A model generated the notes under the pieces. The model searched no databases. It saw only the letters and a list, made by a program, of their open reading frames with translations, and was not told the DNA's origin. DNA of 64,000 nucleotides. Source: an uncultured candidate division Zixibacteria bacterium (GTDB taxonomy: Bacteria; Zixibacteria; MSB-5A5; UBA10806; 4484-95). Positions 20,068 through 28,525 of this stretch are shown here, piece by piece. Every line of letters starts with the position of its first letter. Position 1 is the stretch's first letter. The position numbers and the translations under genes are program-made. Location: the NCBI GenBank assembly GCA_963668625.2, contig CAXXKA010000008.1:1-64000 (forward strand). The letters are read 5' to 3'.

Positions 20068-21624
20068 ATGAAAAAATTCTATAGTTTATTGTTTTTAATT
20101 TTTTTTGAAGTATGTACTCACGCGAATCCGGCGCCAACATCGGAAATACTTAGAATAAATGCCTACCCACCTGAAATTGAGGTATCTTTCTTATACCTGG
20201 GCAGTAATGACACACTCGATTTATCAGGTTTTCATATATTCACATCAGGGGGAACAGCCACTATCAACAATGGAATAATACTAACAGAGTGTTACGAGAA
20301 TCCAGGCTACGTATTCGACTCCTCCAACACCTCAGGATTTGCTTTTAATCCTGTTGGCGATTCTCTCTATCTAGATATCGCCATTGGCGGATATGAGTTA
20401 TTTTATGAATATACGAAATTCGGCAATTACGGATTCGATTCGTCTCCATTAGTTGGTTATCAAGTTGTTCAAAAGAATTTTTTATTACGCTATGAGGACT
20501 CAGAACCTTGTCCTTGGCCGTATATGACATACGAGTTCTGTAATCCTGATTATGGTTACACTGATGTTATGATAAATGAAATAAACGTTCACTCTACCTG
20601 GGAGAATGGTTCAAATTTTATTGAACTATACAACAGATCAGATATTGACAAGTCGCTTGATGGCTGGAGAATAACATGTGATACCATATATGATTTACCA
20701 TCTGATGCTTTCATTCCTACTCATGGTTATTATGTTATTGATGAGAACGATTTTCCTGAATCATTTGGGATGAATATCACTGCTGATAATCTTTATCTCA
20801 TCACGCCTGATTCCTCGATTACCGATCACATTAGAATATATGGGCCTCGTTTAATCGATCAGGTAGGCTGGTCATCAGATCATGGAGAAAATGTATCTTT
20901 CATGCGTTTCCCTGAAGGTGATACAGACAGCACTACATATATGTACGATTTCCAGGGATTTGACGATCAATCATCCTCAACATTCGAAAACGGCTTCCCG
21001 ACTAGGGGCGCTGCCAACCGTCACGAATGCCCAGGTTTCGTACCGATTGCGGCGAGAGCGGACAGCTTAGGTGATGCTGTCGCCCGGATAACCTGGACCG
21101 ATCCGATATGGGATGAGACATACGATTACTCCGTGCTGGTGAAAACCTATGATGACTACGCAGAATTACCCACCGATGGCGATATAATCTATAGCGGTAC
21201 CGAGCAGGGTTTCGTTGATGTAAGCGTAATTCCGGGGGCGGCATCATACTACACCGTGTTTGCCCGTAACACCGTGGGTGAGTATTCGACACCAACGAAC
21301 GAGTCACGCTCCTACATATGTTTTAACAGCGTCGGCACTGATGAGCCTAATACTCTCCCTGAAGACACCGGCATATTAAGCTGCTATCCCAATCCATTCA
21401 ATGCCCAAACAAAAATCGATTTCGCCATATCTCAGCCGGGCATGGTAACTCTATCGATATACGATATCACCGGAAGGTTAATCGAGACATTAGCAGAGCA
21501 ATACTACCCTGCGGGCAATCATTCGGTAGCCTGGGATGCCGGTAAATACAGTTCGGGGATATATTTCGCTAAAATTAACACCGAGGAGGGTATGCAAAGT
21601 ATGAAAATGGTATATATGAAATAA
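20068..21624 (+). CDS. Secreted lamin-tail-domain protein with FN3-like and T9SS-type C-terminal domains; paralog of the upstream gene
   Basis: VMINEI..NFIELYN; shares DQVGWS, RFPEG and PTRGAAN with the upstream gene; CYPNPFNAQT C-terminal domain. Confidence 0.8.
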   Translation: MKKFYSLLFLIFFEVCTHANPAPTSEILRINAYPPEIEVSFLYLGSNDTLDLSGFHIFTSGGTATINNGIILTECYENPGYVFDSSNTSGFAFNPVGDSLYLDIAIGGYELFYEYTKFGNYGFDSSPLVGYQVVQKNFLLRYEDSEPCPWPYMTYEFCNPDYGYTDVMINEINVHSTWENGSNFIELYNRSDIDKSLDGWRITCDTIYDLPSDAFIPTHGYYVIDENDFPESFGMNITADNLYLITPDSSITDHIRIYGPRLIDQVGWSSDHGENVSFMRFPEGDTDSTTYMYDFQGFDDQSSSTFENGFPTRGAANRHECPGFVPIAARADSLGDAVARITWTDPIWDETYDYSVLVKTYDDYAELPTDGDIIYSGTEQGFVDVSVIPGAASYYTVFARNTVGEYSTPTNESRSYICFNSVGTDEPNTLPEDTGILSCYPNPFNAQTKIDFAISQPGMVTLSIYDITGRLIETLAEQYYPAGNHSVAWDAGKYSSGIYFAKINTEEGMQSMKMVYMK

Positions 21625-21672
21625 TCGCGATATGCCGCCCTGAGCATACCGCGTATATTCCGGGAGAGAGTT

Positions 21673-23169
21673 ATGAGTTTAAGATCTATAATAAACATCG
21701 TATTAATCACAATCATGATTATTTATATGCCTGCATTCGCCACGGTTATAAAAATACCTGAGGATTACCAGACTATTCAGGAGGGATTGAATAATCACTC
21801 CGAGGGTGATACTATTCTGGTGCAACCCGGCATATACTACGAAAACCTCAGCGACAGCTCTACAACTTTCACTCTGGCCTCGCGGTATATCATAACCGGC
21901 GATACGGCAGATATATCCTCGACTAAAATAGATGGCGGCGGTAGCGGTCATATCGCGAAATTTGCCGGTTATTATTATGATCCATCATACATGATAGGCT
22001 TTACGATTCAAAATGGCCAGGATCTAAAAGGCGGCGGGCTGTATATTCAACATTCCTATTTCACTATTAGTAATAATATCTTCATAGATAATAACGTTAT
22101 CAGCGACGGTGTGGATAAAGCTTGCGGCGGCGGTATATATTCGGCTGGTTATGAAACTATAATTGAGAATAACATATTCATCGATAATACTGCTGAATAT
22201 AATTTATTCAAAGACGGTGTAGGAGGAGCGGTTTATATCTGTAATGGCGATGCCTATATTTATAATAATACTTTTTACGATAACACCTCTTTCGGCAATA
22301 CCTCAGGCGGCGGCGCTGTTTACTGTATCAACACCAATGTTGATCTGAGAGGTAATATATTTTCCGAAAATACCTCGAATTGGGGCGCCGCAGCTTATAT
22401 TTTCGTTAGTGGTACCACCAACGTTATAAATAACTTAGTTTTTAATAACTACGGCGGTGGTATTTTATTAAACTATTTCAGAAATAGCTTAATCGCTAAC
22501 AATACTATAGTTTCAAATTTCTGGGCCGGCGGTCTAACCTGCATCGATGCCATCAACCCTCTATTTTTGAACAACATTATCAGGGATAACGAAACTTACG
22601 AGATTCTGATAAACTCAAGCATTTATCCAACCGTAATATACAACAACATCTCCGGCGGCTGGGATGGTATCGGCAATATCGACAACGACCCGCTGTTCCG
22701 CGATCCCGATAACGATGACTACCATCTGATGGCAACTTATTGCGGCGATCCTTACGATTCACCATGCATTGATATTGGACATCCCGAATCCATCGATACG
22801 CTTATGGATTGTAACTGGGGATTAGGTGACTCGCGCTCGGATATGGGAGCTTACGGCGGCGGTGACTACGAGACTGTTGATATCGAGGAACAAACTTATC
22901 TTCCTGAGAGCTATAGTCTGCTTACCAGCTACCCCAACCCATTCAATGCCTCCACCACGATATCATTCACTCTCCCCGAACAAACCGAGGCAAGCATTGC
23001 TATCTATGATATCACCGGGCGGCTGGTTAAATCGTTCGGTAAGCGTACATATCCGGCAGGCGCTAGCAGCATAAACTGGCATGCCGAGGGGTTGACATCG
23101 GGGATTTATTTCGTAAATCTGAACGCAGAATATATTACGAACACAAGGCGTGTTTTGTTATTGAAATAG
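21673..23169 (+). CDS. Secreted right-handed beta-helix (pectin-lyase fold) protein with T9SS-type C-terminal domain
   Basis: IPEDYQTIQEG..GDTILVQPGIYYEN; GGGIY/F..N repeats; SPCIDIG..RSDMGAYGG; SYPNPFNAST. Confidence 0.82.
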   Translation: MSLRSIINIVLITIMIIYMPAFATVIKIPEDYQTIQEGLNNHSEGDTILVQPGIYYENLSDSSTTFTLASRYIITGDTADISSTKIDGGGSGHIAKFAGYYYDPSYMIGFTIQNGQDLKGGGLYIQHSYFTISNNIFIDNNVISDGVDKACGGGIYSAGYETIIENNIFIDNTAEYNLFKDGVGGAVYICNGDAYIYNNTFYDNTSFGNTSGGGAVYCINTNVDLRGNIFSENTSNWGAAAYIFVSGTTNVINNLVFNNYGGGILLNYFRNSLIANNTIVSNFWAGGLTCIDAINPLFLNNIIRDNETYEILINSSIYPTVIYNNISGGWDGIGNIDNDPLFRDPDNDDYHLMATYCGDPYDSPCIDIGHPESIDTLMDCNWGLGDSRSDMGAYGGGDYETVDIEEQTYLPESYSLLTSYPNPFNASTTISFTLPEQTEASIAIYDITGRLVKSFGKRTYPAGASSINWHAEGLTSGIYFVNLNAEYITNTRRVLLLK

Positions 23170-23213
23170 CCTTATAAAAAATGAATCAAAATGAGTAATA
23201 TAAATAATCTTAT

Positions 23214-23248
23214 GGCTGGTAGACATCCCCATCTGCCGGCTTTCTTTT
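23214..23248 (+). terminator. Probable intrinsic terminator
   Basis: GGCTGGTAGA/TCTGCCGGCT stem (with G-U pairs) followed by TTCTTTT, between convergent genes. Confidence 0.55.
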
Positions 23249-23288
23249 GCGAATCAGTAGGAGCGCGAATACGTCCCCCAACCGCGAG

Positions 23289-24074
23289 TTACTCCAGCCC
23301 GAATTTCCTGCTCTCCAGAAAAGACCTCAGATGGGCCCTTAGTACCTTCGGATCGGTAGCCGCCATCCGTCTGGAGGTATGCTCACACCAGGAGTAGTCC
23401 TCCTCGCTTACCTCTTTACCAGTGAGTGATTTCACCTTGCGCTTTGGTCCCTCGTATAATCCGGTCGCCTGAATAATCTTATCATAATCGGTCAGGAGTT
23501 CATCCAGACGGCCATCATCGTATTTTTCGTGATGGATGATTAATTCATCCTGGAAACGCGGCTTTACCATCGGCTCATGATCGGGATACCCCAGGCACAT
23601 GCCCATCAGGGGATACACCTTATCCGGCAGTTCCAGAAACTCCGATACCTGCTCGGGATTGTTACGTATACCGCCAATCATCACACCGCCAAGCCCGCAC
23701 GATTCCGCACCTAGCAGGATATTCTGTGCCACCAATGCCGAGTCTACGGTAGCTACGATGAATGTCTCGATATACTTATCGTTGGACTGATACCCCTGCC
23801 GTTTTGCAACCTTTTCCAGCCGCAGCAAATCCGGGCAGATAACCAGAAACACCGGGCACCAGCTTACCCACGGTTGTTTGCCGCATAGTTCGGCCAGCCT
23901 ATCCTTACGTGCTTTATCTTTCACCACGATTATCGAATATGCTTGAACATTGGATGATGTCGAGGCCTGACGAGCCGAGGTCAGTATTTCAGCTAACTGG
24001 TCCTCGGGAATATCTTTGTCTTTGAATTTTCTTATCGACCTGTGTAAGGCCATTGTTTTTAATATTTCATTCAT
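23289..24074 (-). CDS. NADPH-dependent flavin oxidoreductase, NfsA/NfrA nitroreductase family
   Basis: HRSIRKF, ASTSSNVQAYSII, GLGGVMIGGIRN, GMCLGYP..KPR. Start moved to ATG 24074. Confidence 0.92.
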   Translation of the reverse strand: MNEILKTMALHRSIRKFKDKDIPEDQLAEILTSARQASTSSNVQAYSIIVVKDKARKDRLAELCGKQPWVSWCPVFLVICPDLLRLEKVAKRQGYQSNDKYIETFIVATVDSALVAQNILLGAESCGLGGVMIGGIRNNPEQVSEFLELPDKVYPLMGMCLGYPDHEPMVKPRFQDELIIHHEKYDDGRLDELLTDYDKIIQATGLYEGPKRKVKSLTGKEVSEEDYSWCEHTSRRMAATDPKVLRAHLRSFLESRKFGLE

Positions 24075-24080
24075 AATCGA

Positions 24081-24122
24081 AGTATATTCGCTTTTGACAT
24101 TCAACGCAAATTAAAATATAAA
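24081..24122. promoter_or_regulatory. Overlapping divergent sigma70-type promoters
   Basis: Plus strand TTGACA-N17-TATAAA (24094-24122); minus strand TTGCGT-N17-TATACT (24109-24081). Confidence 0.55.
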
Positions 24123-24143
24123 TGCTTAAACGATGGAGGACTT

Positions 24144-26309
24144 ATGACAAGATTAATTATCATATTTGTAATGATCGCAAGCACGCTCGCTATAGCTCAG
24201 GATAAGATAGACTCATCACAGGTGGATAGATTTGCCCAGGCGCTATCGGAGGTGGGTTTCACGCGGGATGACCTCGGCTATAGCCCAAAAGGTTACTGGA
24301 ACCGATTCCCTGATCCTCGGCATATCCCCTATATCATGCCGTTTTTCGAGGATTTGTTCGCTGAGCCGATGCGAACCTACGATTACACCAAAACGATAGG
24401 CAACACTATCGAGTTCTATCTCGATCCGACCTATTTCGATACGACGGATAATTCTCTTCACAGGATAGTTTACTTTCTCGGTGTGGATCGTAAAATCACC
24501 GGATTCAGGAATTACAGCGCTAATCTTAATCCCGATCCTGACTCGGCTAATCCAATGCTCGAGGCGTTCACGAGGATAAAACGGGATGAGGCTTCACAGA
24601 GCAGTTTCACCTCATTCGGCAATCGCTACGGCGGCCCCGATAACGAGGAGCTTATGGAGAAACTGAAAGATATACCGCGTGAGGTTCAATTAATAGCGGC
24701 CTCATTAATGCTAAACATTCACGATTCATACAAGTGGCGTCAACTGGCAATTAGAAACTGCGACCCTGAGGACATGACCGCCCTGTTCAATATCAAAAAC
24801 CTCGATGAGGTAATCGGTGACGGCCAGGTATATTTTCCTCAGGTGGATGATATAGCCGGCTCAATCGATGAGCACTCGCTTTATTATGCTTGCATGAAAA
24901 CGGCCCAGGCCACGGAGACCTGTTATAAAAAGCTGCGAAAATATCTTGATAATACTAGAGCCGACTTGAGCAAAATCCGTTTCGAGCACGTTCTGCCGTT
25001 CGGGCGGGTCGTTATTCTGGGTACCGGTGATGATATCTCCGATTACCGGGATGCCGCCATACTGATAGATTTAGGTGGGAATGACAAACATTCCGGCAAC
25101 CTGGGCGCGACTCCCTCAACCGAGATTCCTATCAGTGTGATGATCGATATGTCCGGCAAAGACAGTTATATCAATGAGAATGAGATGCTCTTATCGCAGG
25201 GCGCGGCTATACTCGGCACGGGTGTGTTAATCGATGGCGACGGCAAGGACACCTACCGCTCGGTCAAGATGTCGCAGGGCTGCGGCTTTTTCGGTATGGG
25301 ATTACTATTCGATATTGCCGGTGATGATGACTATAAGCTGGAGGCCGGCGGCCAGGGCGCTGGTTATTTCGGGCTGGGTTTCGCGCTCGATATGCTGGGT
25401 GATGACAGCTACTATATCTACGGTGACGGCCAGGGATTCGGCGGAGTCGGAGGTATAGGCGTTATAGCCGACTACGCCGGGAATGATAAATACACAGCCG
25501 AACCGCTGGCCGAGGTGGTCGATCGTGGCGATTACCATAGCGAGCACAAAATCAATGTTAACTCCGCTCAGGGCGCGGGCATGGGTCGTCGCGGCGATGG
25601 TTCCGACGGCCATAGCTGGGCGGGCGGTTTAGGCGCGCTTATCGATATTAAGGGTAACGACTATTACTACTCCGGCAATTGGACATTAGGTTGCGGTTAC
25701 TGGTTCGGTACCGGGCTGGTGTACGAGGGTGAGGGTGACGATCACTACAAATCGGTGTATTTTACGCAGGCCTCCGGCGCGCATTACTGCATAGGCGCTA
25801 TACTTGATGAAAACGGCAACGACACCCACGAGTTATGGGAAACAGCCGGCGCAGGTCTGGCATTCGGCTGGGACTATACTAACGCGATGCTATTCAATCT
25901 CGGCGGAGATGATAAGTACATTGCCAAAATCATCTCGATAGGCTGCGCCCAGATAAGATCGAACGCGATGCTTTTCGATATCGGCGGCAACGATTATTAT
26001 CAGCTTCAGGATAAACAGCAGGGATTCGGCGCTGCCACGTTTCGCGAAAGCTATGCCAAACCAAATCGGTTTTCACCATTCGAGTCATACACCAAATCGT
26101 TCGGCCTTCTATTGGATATTGGCGGGGAGGATTCATACAAAGACTGGATTGTAGAAACCAATAAAACGATAATCAGTAAAAGATGTGTAAATAACGCGAC
26201 CTGGCTTTCGCCGGATAAGTCCGATAAAAACTACGGCTACGATAATTACGGCGTTGGTATGGATGTCGATTGTGGAAGAGTACCGGAGCTGGAGTTGTTT
26301 GATAGATAG
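24144..26309 (+). CDS. Secreted hypothetical protein with Gly/Asp-rich D-x-x-G-x-D-x-Y repeats
   Basis: Signal peptide; roughly a dozen (S/G)QG.G..G.G.L.D..G.D.Y units; SD GGAGG. Confidence 0.8.
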   Translation: MTRLIIIFVMIASTLAIAQDKIDSSQVDRFAQALSEVGFTRDDLGYSPKGYWNRFPDPRHIPYIMPFFEDLFAEPMRTYDYTKTIGNTIEFYLDPTYFDTTDNSLHRIVYFLGVDRKITGFRNYSANLNPDPDSANPMLEAFTRIKRDEASQSSFTSFGNRYGGPDNEELMEKLKDIPREVQLIAASLMLNIHDSYKWRQLAIRNCDPEDMTALFNIKNLDEVIGDGQVYFPQVDDIAGSIDEHSLYYACMKTAQATETCYKKLRKYLDNTRADLSKIRFEHVLPFGRVVILGTGDDISDYRDAAILIDLGGNDKHSGNLGATPSTEIPISVMIDMSGKDSYINENEMLLSQGAAILGTGVLIDGDGKDTYRSVKMSQGCGFFGMGLLFDIAGDDDYKLEAGGQGAGYFGLGFALDMLGDDSYYIYGDGQGFGGVGGIGVIADYAGNDKYTAEPLAEVVDRGDYHSEHKINVNSAQGAGMGRRGDGSDGHSWAGGLGALIDIKGNDYYYSGNWTLGCGYWFGTGLVYEGEGDDHYKSVYFTQASGAHYCIGAILDENGNDTHELWETAGAGLAFGWDYTNAMLFNLGGDDKYIAKIISIGCAQIRSNAMLFDIGGNDYYQLQDKQQGFGAATFRESYAKPNRFSPFESYTKSFGLLLDIGGEDSYKDWIVETNKTIISKRCVNNATWLSPDKSDKNYGYDNYGVGMDVDCGRVPELELFDR

Positions 26310-26351
26310 CACGGCATTCGAATACGTCACGAAGCACGTTCATCGACCTAA

Positions 26352-26372
26352 GGGGTGTACGGCATACACCCC
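26352..26372. repeat. REP-like intergenic palindrome
   Basis: GGGGTGTA-CGGCA-TACACCCC, with no U-tract. Confidence 0.4.
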
Positions 26373-26393
26373 CGGTAGTAAGGATATAGTTAA

Positions 26394-26912
26394 ATGACCA
26401 ATTACGAAAGCCACTGCCTCTACGATAACTTCCCCTTATCGATAGTAGCGGTTCGCTGGATAATCATGGCGGCCATGACAATAACCGGCTCGGCCCTGAT
26501 GTACTACTATCACCCGGTGGCAATGATATCATACCTGGTAATAGTTATAATCAGCATGTACGCCATTCTCGCGCTGGTATGCCGCCATTGCTACTACCAC
26601 GGCAAACGCTGCGATCTATCGCTGGGATTGCTCTCGGGACTGCTATTCAAAAAAGGAAGCGAGGGTGAGACATTCATTAAAAACACGCCGAAAACATACC
26701 CGTTTCTGGCATTGATTGCCCTGCCGCCGCTTATCGCCGGTGTAATAGTAGCCATCCGACAGCTTTCGACAGTCGTATTGCTGGTGCTGATAACATTCAT
26801 AGTCAGCCTCATCGTGTTGGTAATTACCACAGGTGAGCTATCCTGCCCTCATTGCAAGATGCAGGGATTATGCCCCTTTTGCATGGTACCGGAGGGGAAG
26901 AGAATAAACTAA
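26394..26912 (+). CDS. Four-TM membrane protein with two Cys clusters
   Basis: Hydrophobic helices; CRHCYYHGKRC and CPHCKMQGLCPFC. Confidence 0.8.
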   Translation: MTNYESHCLYDNFPLSIVAVRWIIMAAMTITGSALMYYYHPVAMISYLVIVIISMYAILALVCRHCYYHGKRCDLSLGLLSGLLFKKGSEGETFIKNTPKTYPFLALIALPPLIAGVIVAIRQLSTVVLLVLITFIVSLIVLVITTGELSCPHCKMQGLCPFCMVPEGKRIN

Positions 26913-27165
26913 TTAGGCTAAAAATCATCGGCTAATTGCTTTAAAGTGATGTAATTGCATGGCTTCGGAGGTGGCGCAGCTATTTGTATGTTATAATTAC
27001 AAATTAAATTCGGATATAGCGATCACGAACATTGCCCGAAAATCCAGCACCTCAACTTATAACATCCCCATTAACATATATTTATATCCAGAAGAAATAC
27101 TTCATCTCCCGGGATATCTTCCGATAAGAATAACAACGGATAAAACCTGTACTTAAGAGGTATGT

Positions 27166-27948
27166 ATGCATCTCTGGCATCCTACTATTGTGCATTTTGC
27201 AATAGCTTTTTTCGTGGCGGCTGTGGTAACCGAGGGCCTGAAACTGTTCACCGGCAAGCGGTTCTGGGGATTGGTCGCTAAGTATCATATTATGGCGGCG
27301 GCCATTATGTCGTTTTTAGCCGTCCTAAGCGGTTTTGCCGACTACCAGGTGCTGTTCATGAACGAGACCGGCTACAGGTTTATTCGCTCGCATACTCTGG
27401 TCGGCTTTTTCGTATTCATTTTAATTCAGTTGATGGCCAACTATAAATTCCTGATGGAGAAAATTCTGCCGGAAAAACTCAAGATGGTATACTTGATTGT
27501 CGGCGGTCTGGGTGTTGGCCTTGTGTTTGGCGCCTCGTTTTTGGGCAAAGCGGCTGTTTACTCGCATGGCGCAGGCGTTACCATGGCTATGATGAATTAT
27601 TATGAGACCGAGAAATATCTCAGGGAGCTGTACGGATTGGATAACCTCGAATCCCCCACCCGGGACGACTCACTGCGAGCCGCCAAATTCTATCCCGGCC
27701 CGGATACCTCGCGTATGGAACATAGCGATACATTGGCCAATCACGAACAGGCCTCCACCGAGCAGGACCCGCATCATTATAGCATTCACAAACCGGCTCA
27801 TCTCGAGGAATCGACTGAGGCTGATTCTCATACCACTGTGCCCGATAACGAGCAAGGCGTAAAATCAGACAGCGGACATCAGGAGAGACCCGCAGAGCCG
27901 GAACATCAGGAAAAAACCGGGGATGAACATGACGGCGGCCATCATTAA
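27166..27948 (+). CDS. DUF2231-like membrane protein with His-rich acidic C-terminal tail
   Basis: HLWHPTIVHFAIA start; four TM helices; G..AVYSHGAGV; tail ends DEHDGGHH. Confidence 0.8.
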   Translation: MHLWHPTIVHFAIAFFVAAVVTEGLKLFTGKRFWGLVAKYHIMAAAIMSFLAVLSGFADYQVLFMNETGYRFIRSHTLVGFFVFILIQLMANYKFLMEKILPEKLKMVYLIVGGLGVGLVFGASFLGKAAVYSHGAGVTMAMMNYYETEKYLRELYGLDNLESPTRDDSLRAAKFYPGPDTSRMEHSDTLANHEQASTEQDPHHYSIHKPAHLEESTEADSHTTVPDNEQGVKSDSGHQERPAEPEHQEKTGDEHDGGHH

Positions 27949-28155
27949 TAAGTAAACTTGTTCCCAGGAAGGTACGACATCCTGAGGTGCACTCTCACAA
28001 AACCTCGAATAGTAGTAAATCATCAATATAAAAAACCTGTGGAACTCATTTCTCTGGACAGTTTATAATCGCTTATGATATTATGCTTTAGAGTTAGCTA
28101 AATTGACCGATTTAGTAGTATGAGAGTTTAACTTTAAATATCGCGAGAGCCTCTG

Positions 28156-28464
28156 ATGGAAAAAGAAAGAGTTATCAGCTTCAAAAATTTCAAATTGAAA
28201 ATAAAACCGGGTAACAAACCCGATTCGTTACTGGTAGCCTTCGACGGCGGCATGGATGTCGATGGCGGCGGTTGGGAAAGCTCCGCTGGAGATAGGAAGA
28301 AATTCGAGGATGATTTCAAGTTCATGTTCAATCCTTTCGAGGCGCCGTCCCTGAAAAAAGGTGAATATATTCTGCATTTCAAGATTCCGGAAAAGGAGAA
28401 GAAATTTTTCGATTGGGTGGAAAAGCAGAAAAAAATGTTTTTTGGGATAGAAGATGACAAATAA
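28156..28464 (+). CDS. Hypothetical protein
   Basis: 102-aa ORF with protein-like composition, co-oriented with lon. Confidence 0.65.
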   Translation: MEKERVISFKNFKLKIKPGNKPDSLLVAFDGGMDVDGGGWESSAGDRKKFEDDFKFMFNPFEAPSLKKGEYILHFKIPEKEKKFFDWVEKQKKMFFGIEDDK

Positions 28465-28525
28465 TCAGTTAATATAGCTGAGGGCATATAAAATTGAACA
28501 GGATAATAACAATTTAAGGTAAAAT

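Noticed and set aside
19812-21545. Repeat pair as possible DGR template and variable regions
   Set aside because: Both copies are coding, mismatches are not adenine-specific, and there is no reverse transcriptase in the window
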